52,106 nt of DNA, filler included, from Bipalium vagum (GCA_037834085.1; 3 parts of 3 records of this genome joined end to end with filler, not necessarily neighbours in it), one strand, 5' to 3'; shown: positions 11,751 to 24,060, numbered from the whole stretch's first letter. Translations and numbers: made by a program. Notes: generated by a model not told the origin, from the letters alone.

Positions 11751-12410
11751 GAATGGGGTAAAGACTCTGTTAAATACATTGGTCACATAATTTCACAAAA
11801 AGGCATTGAACCAGATCTAGATATTATTGAAAAAGGTAAAAATGCCATAGCCCCAAAAACTCCAACACAAGTTCAAATATTTCTTGGTCTCGCAAATTAT
11901 TACCGAAGATTTGTTAAGAACTTTGCGCAAATAGCAGCACCACTCAATAAATTACTTAAAAAAGAGCAAGTATTCACATGGTCCAATGAACATCAACATT
12001 CTTTTAATGATCTAAAAATTTGTTTAACTTCATCGCCAATTTTGACGCAAATGGAACTGAGTAGGTGCAGTACTTGGTCAAAATGATGAAAACGGTACAG
12101 ACTATGCTATTGCATACGCCAGCAGAAGTTTAAAGTCACACGAAAAGCACTATGCAGTCATTGGACTTGAGTGCTTAGTTATTATTTTTGGTGTGACCAA
12201 ATTCCGAACTCATTTATGGGGTAGGGAATTTTTTGTCTACACAGATCACAACCCACTGGCTTATCTGGAAAAAAATCGAGACACGTCCTCTCTTTTCATT
12301 TGTTGTGCTTTAAAATTGCAAGAATATAACTATAAAATTATTTACCGCAAAGGTAAAGCAAACGCTAATGCCGATGCTTTATCTCGTATGCCAGAAGTTT
12401 GTCTGTTAAA
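11748..12410 (+). pseudogene. pol: RT C-terminus plus RNase H (RT catalytic core deleted)
   Basis: CEWGKDSVKYIGHII; FLGLANYYRRFVKNFAQIAAPL; VGAVLGQ; IAYASRSL; LECL; YTDHNPL; KGKANANADALSR; no YxDD. Confidence 0.93.
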
Positions 12411-12569
12411 GAACTAAAAATCCATAAATGATAAAGTCGAGTTACAAAATATCATAAATAATGACGCTGAAATACAAAAAAATTAAAACATATCTTCTTG
12501 ATCCCACACTAGCACAACATATGCCGTATTCAAAAAAATTGCAAAATTATCACTGTAAGGATGACATGC

Positions 12570-13610
12570 CTACCATTTTTATACCCACCAGTTTAACAGA
12601 ATCTGTTTTAGTCCAATACCATGATAGTACGTTGGGGGTCACCTATGTAATCAAAAAACCAGATCCCGTATAATGCAGAAATATATTTGGCTGACCATGA
12701 TTAAAGACATTAAAAATTGGTGTAATACGTGCAAAATCTGCCAAACCCGCAAAAATACAGGTAAAAAGTTCAAAGTTCCTTTGAAACCTATGCCCGTTCC
12801 CCCAGTACTTATGGAAAGGATAGCAATGGACATCGTTGGTCCATTACCCCAAACATTTACAGGCAATGCATATATCTTAGTCATGAGTGACTATCTCACC
12901 AAATGGTGAGAAGTATTTCCTATACCAAACCATAAAGCCGAAACTATATCTAAACTTTTCGTAGAACAAATAGTTTTCCGATATGGAGTTCCTCGAAAGT
13001 TACTCACAGATCGTGGAAAAGAATTCATGAGTGAACTACTAGCATCCATAAATCATTATTTCGGTATCCTCAAATTAAACACAACTCCCTATCATCCACA
13101 AACAAACGGTTTAGTCGAAAGATTTAACTACACACTTGTAAGTATGTTATCATCCTATGTAAACACTAAACAAAATGACTGGGATGTCCATATCACATCA
13201 TGCTTGTTTGTATATAGGAATGTCATACATTTAGGTACTGGTTACACCCCTTTCTATCTCATGTATTTAAGAAATTCCAATATGCCTATCGATCTGATAT
13301 TCTATAAACCAGTCAGCCAATACATGGATGACATTGACTACCATACCTTAATGAAAGAAAGAATGCAAGAGGCATGGAAACGAGCAGGTCTTAGCATTAA
13401 ATAAAACCAAGAGTTAATGAAAGAAGAATATGACAAGAAAACCAAATCACCAAATTTGAAAATAGTGGAAACTCCTAGCATACAAAAGGGCCAAACATAT
13501 AAATTTAATCGTTCTTTCAAAGGACCTTTTATTGTTGAAAGGATTCTTGATTGCAATTTGATTTTAAAAGACCCCAAAAAACCTTTAAAAGACGCAAAGG
13601 TCATTCATAT
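12570..13610 (+). pseudogene. Integrase (zinc finger, DDE core, GPY/F-like motif)
   Basis: QYHD...CNTCKICQ; RIAMDIVGPLP; LLTDRGKEF; YHPQTNGLVERFN; KFNRSFKGPFIV. Confidence 0.93.
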
Positions 13611-13731
13611 GGTAACTACCACACCAAATTCGGACGTTTCACCAGAACCAACAAGCAAAGTGAAAAATTGCAAACAGAAACCCGAACATCCACCAAACTC
13701 ACCTCATAGTCATAACCTTCTCTCAAATAAA

Positions 13732-14646
13732 GTTTTAGCCCTAACCTGCTTCATCATGTGCATTTTACAATGTTCTGCATTTCGTCTTAATTTAAGCCAA
13801 ACTAATTTTGATATTTTTACACCTCCTGAAACAGTAGCAGTTCTTACTACCCCAGAAAAATTCATGAGAATTCTTATTGTTATTACAAATAATCAATCCC
13901 AAATAGCTCTTGCACACTTAGACTCTTGCATACCAGTAGCAATGTTTGATAACCTGAACAATTCTTTACCATATTTCCTTAAAATTTTCATCCATAATTA
14001 TTACAACATAGCTCAAGCATGTTCCTGGATAAGACCAGTCAATTTTACAACGTTCCAAATACATCTAACAGAAGTTGATGGTGATTTTATTGGAAAATAC
14101 AACACTCACCCCTTAGAACGCGTAAGTTGTAGCATTTACTCCCCAGACATCCAAGGTGTATCATGTGGAAAGTTTAATGACAATTCCACCACTATTACCC
14201 TTATTTCTCTAGGTCCTGGTCGACATGAAGTAGAATTCGAAAAATTTGTAAGGCAAAAACCTTTTTGGCTCCGCATAACAAGAACATTCATACACATTGA
14301 TATTCTATTTAATAACACGGCTTATAAAATATCTATTGAAAGCCTTAATAATATTCTATCACATTATAAAGAGCCCCCTATTCAACGATATCTAAAACAA
14401 ATCCCTGTTCAAAGCATAACCACTGATCACAAGGATAAAATTTTACGGGAAATGGTCATGGACCTTATTCCACGTTCAAATCGATCATTCATAACTCTTA
14501 TCGTAATAATTTGTTTTATTTCCTTTTTATCGATTTTCTTTCTTTATTTTTATTTTATTAAATTAGTCAAGCATAATTATATTAAATTTGGTAATTATAA
14601 TTATCTTAATAATGATACGGTCATGTACGAAATGACCACCTTATAG
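13732..14646 (+). CDS. Env-position type I membrane glycoprotein-like module, in frame with integrase
   Basis: Uninterrupted part of ORF 13417-14646; signal-like VLALTCFIMCILQCSA (13732-13779); sequons NLS, NQS, NNS, NFT, NST, NNT, NRS; TM FITLIVIICFISFLSIFFLYFYFI (14488-14559). Confidence 0.7.
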   Translation, partial: VLALTCFIMCILQCSAFRLNLSQTNFDIFTPPETVAVLTTPEKFMRILIVITNNQSQIALAHLDSCIPVAMFDNLNNSLPYFLKIFIHNYYNIAQACSWIRPVNFTTFQIHLTEVDGDFIGKYNTHPLERVSCSIYSPDIQGVSCGKFNDNSTTITLISLGPGRHEVEFEKFVRQKPFWLRITRTFIHIDILFNNTAYKISIESLNNILSHYKEPPIQRYLKQIPVQSITTDHKDKILREMVMDLIPRSNRSFITLIVIICFISFLSIFFLYFYFIKLVKHNYIKFGNYNYLNNDTVMYEMTTL

Positions 14647-15787
14647 CCATTACTGTTCGGAGATCTATTATCAATCTACCTCCTGTAACATAATTTGCAC
14701 AAACACACATTTGTATTATTATTAGAATGGTGTTTATCCTAATCTTTTTTGTAGATATGTCAAGGAAAATTTTCCATTCAACCAACCAATCCAAATCAAC
14801 AGTCGGTTTTAATACCCACAAACCAATTCAGTCAATCCAATCACCCAAACCAATCCGTTCAAACGCCAAAACACCACCCTCCTATACCAGAGCACTAAGC
14901 AAATGTATTCAGGGAGCCGGTCCTAACGCGTCCATCAAAGTCCAACAATTTAATAAATACCCCTATTTAGAATGAAGTATCATGCTGCGCATCAGAAAAT
15001 AATTCCCATTTATACAATTACCATGGAGACCAAAGAAATCCGCAATTACTGTAAATTTCAGTCAACAGGTGAACGGACTTTCTACATTCACCAGATCCCT
15101 CAACCGCAGTAAAATAGTGGCACAATAATTCTCACCAAGGGCTTGGTCAATCACATAGAGAAATACAGTAGGGAACACTTTCAAGGACGATTTAAGTAGT
15201 GGTGAACAATTTTCAGTTATCGAATTTAATAAGAATCATTTTATAAACTCTGTAGAAATTTTCGTAACAGCAGTTTATTTCATTATTAAATATATTATTT
15301 ATTATCAAGCAATCCTTACCGATTGACTTGATATTATTATTAACTGAAACTCTTCTAGATAAGTGCTCGAATCAAATAAAGTTTTATTTTTTCCTTTTTC
15401 TTCTTTTTTATTTTTATAATTTACACAGCCGCTAGCTGGTAAATTGATGAGGACTCTTGCGCATTAAACTAAGTTTGTGCCAAAAAATATCTAGACTTGA
15501 TAATCCCATAAAGAGTGTTCTTATAAAATTCAGATTTGTCAATAAATATTTTTAAACAATTTGTGTTCTCTTAGTTCATTTGAATTTTTATTTGATCGTT
15601 TATTGTGACAGTGATTTTTACATGGTTGGGCTGATAAGTCCTTAGAATGAAGCAGAAAAAATATTTTTATTTCAATAAAATTTGGCATGATTAATTCTCA
15701 CTATTTATATGTCTAGAAAACTCATTTTGTTTTAATATAATAATATTTAATTTTTTTGAAAATTGAAAATATTAAATTTTGAAGAAT

Positions 15788-15887
15788 NNNNNNNNNNNNN
15801 NNNNNNNNNNNNNNNNNNNNNNNNNNNNNNNTTAATTAATTAANNNNNNNNNNNNNNNNNNNNNNNNNNNNNNNNNNNNNNNNNNNN
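15788..15887. other. Artificial contig spacer 44N-TTAATTAATTAA-44N
   Basis: Exactly 100 nt, six-frame stop linker, identical to 32710-32809. Confidence 0.95.

Positions 15888-15958
<71 letters not shown>
15888..15958. repeat. (TTA)n microsatellite
   Basis: Perfect trinucleotide run at a contig end. Confidence 0.97.
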
Positions 15959-17673
15959 TAAAAGCATGTTTACAAATTTTTACATTATTAAAGATAGCGC
16001 TTAAAATGTATATTATTTAAACATCGATATAATTTTACATTATTTAAATTATAACTAATAAACATTATAAAAAATAAAAACGGTAAAGTCAAGGTTGCAG
16101 ATCAAATACTGAAAGATTCCTTTCCTTGATAAAATGTCTCGAGGCAATTTGTTCAGTCTCATAATAAACTTGGATATCACGAAGGATGGTCCGTTCATTG
16201 TCGAATGTTTCACCATGTTGATTTTATTCGATCGATCTCTAGTGGGCGCAATCATTTATATTTATATTTGTATTTCATGTTATTGTTTATTGCCTATTTT
16301 ATAACCCTGATCTTGACTGAAAGACCCTTTACTTTGTCCAGGAGGATGCGTCGAAAACAAATGGAGACCAATCTGCTTTACTGGCGAACGAGGAAAACCG
16401 CGTTTCCTTCCGGGAAAAGCACAGCATAATAACGGCTCCAACAAGTGAGAAACCTTTTCGAGAATATTTACTGAAAAATAAAATAAAAAAATAATAATAA
16501 TATAAACAGTAATATTAAAAAAATAATAAATTATAAAAATAAAATAATAAAAAAGTTAAAAAAATTAATATGAAGATAAAAGTAAAAGTAATTATAAAAC
16601 AAAATCATAAAATTTTTAGCAAAATAAAAGTAATAATAAAAATAAAATAATAAAAAAAGTAAAAAAATAAAAAAAGTAAAAAAATAACAATAATTAAATG
16701 AGGATAAAATAAAAATAATAATAAAAAATGTTATAATAAAATATATTAATAAGATTATTATAAAAATAAAACAATANNNNNNNNNNNNNNNNNNNNNNNN
16801 NNNNNNNNNNNNNNNNNNNNNNNNNNNNNNNNNNNNNNNNNNNNNNNNNNNNNNNNNNNNNNNNNNNNNNNNNNNNNNNNNNNNNNNNNNNNNNNNNNNN
16901 NNNNNNNNNNNNNNNNNNNNNNNNNNNNNNNNNNNNNNNNNNNGATAAGAAACCTAATAATAATATTAAAAATATTAATGAAAAAAATATTATCCACCAG
17001 ATAATTCTTCGTGTCCCATAGCCATTATATTTGTTAAAAGAAAAAATATTTGTTTTCTTTCAAAGAGAAATGATGAAAAAATTATTTCTCCTTACTTCTT
17101 TTTTCCTTGAAACATTATTTTATGGAAAAACAATTTTTTTGTTATTTGGGTTTCCCAGAAGAAGTCTCAGTGAGAGAGAAATTTCCTTGAGGAATTGTCT
17201 CCAACGTTGTCCTCCGTGTCACAGAATGCTCAGAAACGCTCTCAGAACTCTCCATTATTCGACAAGGTCGCACATGTTGGACTTCTGATTGCCGTGACAG
17301 TGAATAGGAAAAATCCCCGATGATGTTCAGCTGAAAAGGGGCCAGGCTGTAAAAGAAATAAAAATTAAACAACGAATATCAAAAAATATTATAAAAAAAA
17401 TTTTCTAAAGAAAAAAAATTTCTAAAGTTTTTTGTTTTGTTTTAATGAATGAGATTTTTCTTCCAATACTTGTTTTAATTTTCTTCTGGGATTAACAACG
17501 AGATACGTAGATTAGAAATAAGTTTGTCATATGCTGGTATTTTTGTCAAATATTTATTTATTTATTTATTTTATATTCACAGTTTTCTTTCTCTTTTCAT
17601 ACGAGCACTTCTTCTTTACATATTAATGTATTGATTTAATTGATGATGTTGTTTTAATTGACCTTTCGTTAAG

Positions 17674-17783
17674 AACCGGATAAAATTGAAGTCACCAAGG
17701 TCAACGATCTTCACAGTGAAGATGTTGAAGACGGAGGTGAGGATGACGACAATGATGAGGATCAACCGATGGCTCTCTATCAG
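17674..17783 (+). CDS. Candidate exon of an unidentified gene encoding an acidic stretch
   Basis: GC-richer island EPDKIEVTKVNDLHSEDVEDGGEDDDNDEDQPMALYQ ending at strong donor CAG|GTAAGA; could join acceptor ttttgcag at 18870 giving LQTF*. Confidence 0.4.
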
Positions 17784-17999
17784 GTAAGACCATTAATATT
17801 TGCTGTGAAACAATGGGAAAGATCAATAACAGAAAATGACTAATACGTGTTTTGAGGTGCCTTTATGACTGCTTTACTTATCGATTATTACATTCATGAA
17901 ATTTAAATTGGTGCACGATATTAGATTGCAATGTTGTAAACGTTGACGCTTTAATTTTTAAACAAATCTTCGTTTCGCTGTTAATGAAATCACTTCTTC

Positions 18000-18450
18000 A
18001 ATATCCTCATGTTTTTTCTATTATCTTATTGATTTTTCTTAACCCTTTTAAAAATGGAATTTTTGTACCCTCTTTCATTCCTCATTTTATTCTTTTAAAT
18101 CTCAATAACTTTTGTTCATATCTTTCTCCGCTATTACGTACATATCCATATGATCAGGCAGACTGTTTCGCTGTAACCTTATATAAGTAAAACATTTTCC
18201 TTACGAATTGGCATTACCAAGTTATGTATTGATGAAAATCCTACACCCAATATAATCTTCATCAATTTTCTCTGGTCAGCCAAAATGACTTCCAATTCAA
18301 TTATACCAAGACTGATTTTCCTTAAACTGTTTTCCAAGGAAATTTTCCCAAAATACAATTTGGCATCGTCATATAATTGCTGCCTAAGTGGGGAACGACA
18401 TCCTCAGAAATGTTTTCCCACATTGTTCATATCACCTCGCTTTAAAATTT
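18000..18450 (-). mobile_element. LINE (CR1/L2-like) RT relic
   Basis: Minus strand QLYDDAKLYFG (cf. LYADDxKLY) and later YEQKLLR (cf. YEERL); heavily degraded. Confidence 0.5.
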
Positions 18451-20479
18451 ATTACCCCTTCTAAATTTGTTTTAATTGGTGATGTAGAATGTGTTCTTGG
18501 AAGATNNNNNNNNNNNNNNNNNNNNNNNNNNNNNNNNNNNNNNNNNNNNNNNNNNNNNNNNNNNNNNNNNNNNNNNNNNNNNNNNNNNNNNNNNNNNNNN
18601 NNNNNNNNNNNNNNNNNNNNNNNNNNNNNNNNNNNNNNNTAGTAAAATCAAAACAAAAAAAATAATATATAAAATATAAAAAGAATAATAGTAATGATAA
18701 TGTTAATAATATATTATTATTATTATGATTGTAAATTAATTATATTTTTTTAAAATAATAATAAAACATTTTTAAAATTAAAACAAATTCAAATAAAAAA
18801 AATTTAAATAATATTTTAATAAAAAAATCCATTTGAAACAATCTGAAAAATTCAACGAAATATTTTGCAGCTCCAGACTTTTTAGTGGGAAATCTTTCCC
18901 ATGGGGTTCGGTATTTTGTCGGTTTCTTGCAATTGTACAGCGATTTCATAGTCTATCTCCAGTCTGTAGGCTCGTTACATAATGTAAGACCAGTCTGATC
19001 GTACCGTTCTACCGGGAATTGCAATCCGTTTTCCGAGAGCCTCTATTAGATTATTTGGAATCCATTTGTCAAGCTTTCGCATTTGCCCTTCAATTCTGCT
19101 CCGTAAATTAGCAGCTTAAAATATTATTTCCCTCTTTGCAAAATCTGCTTCCTGTCTTGTATTGTCCCAACTCTGAATATTTTCATATTATCAAGACGGC
19201 AAATGTTTACGTTTACATCTTTTCTGTATTTTTTTGTTTTACTGAAATGATAAATTTTTACCGGATCAATTTAATTTTAAAATTTCCAAGATTTCTCATT
19301 TTATTGATAGGGTTTATTACCTCTTACACGGTCGATATTCATTTTTAGGACACATAATTGTATAATGTTGCACCAGTTTTGTTAAACAAAAAATTAAAAC
19401 AATTATTTATTAATAATAAATTAATAAACCAATTAAAATTATTATTTAAGAATGATAAAATCCAGAAAGGCTTAGTATAATTTGAATGATGATGACGCAC
19501 TTTGATGATTCAGTGATTGGTTAGTCCGAGTACAAGTTATGGCGCAGTGAAATTTATTGAATAATATGTAATTATCAATTAAAAACTCTCAACAGTTTGG
19601 TGGAGATGGTTCTGTTCCCGTCGAATAAGACAGAATTGAAGATTTTATATTTTATTCTATCATTTAAATCTTTTAAATGTTTTTTTTACTTTGAATCTAC
19701 ATAAACTTGATTAAAATCAATAAATTCTTGTAAGAATATAAATTTTTCCTGAACCCCTAGAATTCTTTTAACATCCTGAATATTTACTAATTAATTTATT
19801 TTTAGTTTACTTATATTTTAAAAATTTCTAAACAAAAAAAATAAAGTTAATAAAAATTTTTTAAACTTGTGAAATAAAAACCAATTAAAATTTTTAATTT
19901 AAGCTAATTGGATGAAATAAATTTATAATTTATTTTAATTTTTGGCTTATATAAAGGAAGATATAATCGTAACGAGAAAAGAAAATCGTTTCTTCAACAC
20001 TGCTTGTCCAACGTAGGATATTAAAAGTGCGTATAAAATAAAATATATCCATTAAAACAAAGATACAATATGTCAACTGCTCTTGACATTTGCCAATTTC
20101 TGTATTATTTATTTATATATTGTAATAATAATATAATATTTTCCATTAAAATGTCCAATATTTTCCCTGTCTCAGAAATAAAAGTGAAACATGAAATACA
20201 TTGAAGATATCAAGATAACATTGTTATAGTTTTATATTATTTTCGATAAAATTAATTAAAACAAAACTACTTTTTGTCGTTCTACTTTCTAGGTGACTCA
20301 GGTGGGCCTATTTGAAAAATATAAAATGAATAATAAAATTACAATTTATCCTAAATCATTTTTTTTCCAAAACAATAATTATTTTAAATATTTTGTCAGA
20401 CGATCGATATTTTGAAACAGGCACATTTACGAAATAAAACAAAATTGATAGAAGAATAATCTTTATTTATTCGATTATT

Positions 20480-21080
20480 TTGTTGTTCAAACGAAAATCG
20501 CTTATTACCATTGAACTTAGAACGGTTTCGTTTTAATAAAAAAAAGAAAACATTTTAATCGATATAAGAACCAATCGATTCAACACATTTTAGCCAATGA
20601 GAAAGAAGTTTATTTATACGAGTTTAGTAAATTCCGCAGTTCGTGAATCGATGAAATCTTTAAGGCTTTATGGCATCATTTTTATTTCCGAAACATTTTC
20701 CCTTCAGATTTTGCAAATAAGTTAAAAGGTGATAGTCAGTGGGGGAAACGTCTAATGGGTATGGTAGATCAGACAGCGTTTTGTAGCCAAACTGGTTTAA
20801 CTTCTGTATGATCGATTGTGCAGCATAAGGCCCAGTGTTATCATGGAAAAGAATTCTTCATTTCATATTGATTGTTGTCGTTGAACTTTCAAGTGCATCT
20901 CATCGATTTCATTACAATATTTTTCTGTCGTCGTTTCGTTCAGATTTAAGAAACTGTAATAAATTAAACCGGCCACACAAAACCAAACAGCTATCACCAC
21001 CTTCTTTTGATGTAAATTTAATTGTGGACAATGTTGTGTATCTTGATCATAGTCTCACCATTGAGATGAGCGACTTCGGT
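20480..21080 (-). mobile_element. Mariner 3' half relic
   Basis: Minus strand LHQKKVVIAVWFCVAGLIYYSFL, KYCNEIDEMH, ILFHDNTGPY, YPLDVSPTDYHL. Confidence 0.85.
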
Positions 21081-22030
21081 CGAAATATTATATATATATT
21101 ATTATATTATTATTATTATTATTTAAATCAGAAAGAGCAATAAATTTTAATGATAATTTATGACAATATAATTTAAAATTCAATTATTATTCAATAATAA
21201 AAAAATATGAACCATTAAAAATAGAAAAATAAATTAAAATAAACGGCGACAGAAAATGAAGAGAGTAGCCATAAAGAATCATTTGGAATAATTCATGATT
21301 ATAAATGTCATCAGTGGGGGTACGCTAATGTATTGTTGGGTTAAAGTTTTGAGTTTTCCGTTCAGAGGAAAGCATAAAATGTTATTAGGTAGATCGTGAC
21401 CTATTCTATATTTCTGATAATGAAAAGTAAAAATAAATATAAATAAACATAAATGAAAAGTATGATATAATTAGTATTTATGACATTTCAGATGTATTAA
21501 TAAAGACTGAATGAAGATTTATACTTATTATATTTTACTTTGTTTTAATTAGTGTATATGTTCTCTATTTTTATTTATTAAAATTTTAAATTAGTTATTG
21601 ATTTTGGATCATTTTATTAACAAAAGACTTATTTATTTGTTAATTAACCCACTGTGTAATATCAAATCTTCTTTTTAAAAATTTCAAAATTTTCTTTCGA
21701 ATATTTTGTCTCCACATCCATTCATACGAATATGCCTTAAGGACGCCTCTTAAAAGCATCTGATTGGTAAAATTTATTTTTTCAGAATTCCCCATGTAGC
21801 TCGAAAGGTTGACTACTTGATCTTCTTTCAAGATTTATGAAATTAAATTTAGGCTTTACAGCTTGATTTATGTATTCATTGGTTTTGGTTAATTAGAAAG
21901 ATACATTTCATTCATCACTCATGACAAATAACTCCTTTTTATTCACATCCTTTATTATGCAAATTAAAGTTTTATCATCACCTTTTCCCACACTTTCAGG
22001 AAACCATGCCCATCAATCGAATCGTAATTA

Positions 22031-23328
22031 TCAGATATGTGCATTAGTTCTCGTTGTTTGTTTAAATTAATCATTAATTTATTATTATATATCGCAATAA
22101 TTTGAATTTAAAACTAAGGTTTGTTATAAATTGACATTAATAATTAAAATTAATGATGTATCATTCAGTTTATTGGTAGAGCAATCCTGAACCAAGCTTA
22201 TTAATATGATGATCTTTATACCAAAGAAAGCACGTTTGCGGGAACCATTACTTTTTTGTTATAATCTGAAAAAAATGCTGCATAAACCCATATGATGCTT
22301 TTGGAAGCTTATGTGAACCATGCTATATCCGAAACGTTCTGCCGAGATTGGATTCGGAAATTCAAATCTCGTGACTTCGATTTTGAGGACAAACCAGGTT
22401 CGGGTCAACCGAAACACTTTCAAATGGAGCTTTGGAAAAATTTTTGATCAAAGATCGATGCCAATTAAGCAAAACAATGGCGGAAGTTCTAAATGTCAAT
22501 AGAACTACAGTAAGCAAACGATTACATGCCATTGGATATATGCAAATATTCGGGAAATGTTTGAATCATCAATTAAAGGAAGCCGATATATCGAAACGTT
22601 TAAGCATCTGTTAGATATCGCTGAACAGGCAAAAGACAAAGTCATTTTTACATCATATTATTACTTGCGATGAAAAATGATAAACTTATGAAAATTATAG
22701 CCAGAAAAGATCGTGTATTGAGAGGTGTGATTCTGCAGTATCCATGCAAAAATGAAATATGCATGGGCGTAAGGTGATAATGACCATTTTTCTGATCAAA
22801 GAGGGATAGTTTGTTATGAACTGTTAAAAATAGGCAAAGGGTCAATGGTTATCATTACTAGCTACAACTACCAAAATTGAGGCAAGCGCTACATGAACAA
22901 CGACCTGAATATTCCAATAGACATTATACGGTGTTTTTGCTGCATGATAATGCTCGACCGCACACTTCGATTTTAGTGAAGGACACAATAGCAAAATTTG
23001 GATTTGACCTTTTACCTTACCCCCATATTCACCCTACCTTGCACCGAGTGATTACCACCTTTTTCGCTCAATGCAACATTGGATTTTCGAAAAGGAACCT
23101 CCAAAATAGAGAGGATATCAAAAATTCGCTTGACATATGAATCAAATATAAGGATCAAAGATTTTTTGTATCGAGGAATCCATTTGTTGGCCGAAAATGG
23201 AGAAATGTTGTTATGAATGTCGGACGCTATTGTGAATGATATTTAATATGAAAATAAATGTATATTATCTTTTTACTTAACGTTTTTCTTTTTATTAAAA
23301 AATAATGAGAACTAATGCACCTATCTAA
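22031..23328 (+). mobile_element. Full-length decayed mariner (DD34D-type, Mos1-like)
   Basis: TIRs TCAGATATGTGCATTAGTTCTC and GAGAACTAATGCACCTATCTAA with TA flanks; 1298 bp; IPKKARLREPLLF, IITCDEK, LLHDNARPH, YSPYLAPSDYHLF. Confidence 0.92.
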
Positions 23329-24060
23329 TAATAACGAAAACTTATAGTTCTTGGTCAGGTGTACGACAGTCATTATACTTTGGTTTGTACTTAAATTAGG
23401 ACTCGTCAACTTGTACCATTCTTTCTATTCTCCTCAGAAAATTATGTATTTTTTCATGGTACTTCTCAGTTTTCTGATTTATAGTCTGATAATCCATTTA
23501 TCAAATAAAAACTTAAAATTATCTAAATTTAAATTTATTTTATTATAAATGCACAATTTTTAACCTATTGCATAATCTCAAATATCTTATTAATCCTTTA
23601 CATAATTACATAATAGATTTAACCCAGATAGGTTAAAAATAATTGATCCGGTATTTTCATCATATAATTGATCTTTAACAATAATAAATCTTTAAAAAGT
23701 GTATTTTTAAAAATATTAATAATAAATGAAATGTGAGTATAGTAAAACAAATAATAAATTCAGTTAGAAATCAGTTGAAAGGAAATTGGTTGTGAAATTT
23801 ATCCAAATGAAATTTTTGTCATAATTTTTGAATAGGACATCATTAAAATCAAATTAGTTGAAATTCTAAGTAAATGTGTAATTAATTTAATTAAACAAAT
23901 ATCGAATTTCTACTTTTAAATATTTTTGAAATTATTTTTGTAACTTGAATTTTATATTAATAATAAAAATATATCGATATTTTTTGGAAAATAACAAATA
24001 ACTTTTTAATAATATTTGGATCACTTTGTCTAAATACTTTGTTCACAAACAAAAAGTATA

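Larger units (their letters stand above)
8060..15110 (+). mobile_element. Decayed Ty3/Gypsy retroelement internal region with extra domains; no LTRs detected
   Basis: Collinear gag, protease, RT C-terminus, RNase H, integrase (the Ty3/Gypsy order), all on + strand; boundaries approximate. Confidence 0.93.

Noticed and set aside
11371-14821. Minus-strand ORFs within the retroelement
   Set aside because: Antisense shadows of + strand coding sequence with no motifs
15110-15787. 3' LTR/PPT of the Gypsy element
   Set aside because: No clear polypurine tract followed by TG, and no matching repeat upstream of gag
16758-18679. ORFs spanning N gaps (also 43349-43588)
   Set aside because: Their length comes from Ns
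20835-21143. 102-aa ORF with a signal-like N-terminus
   Set aside because: Antisense to a mariner transposase relic
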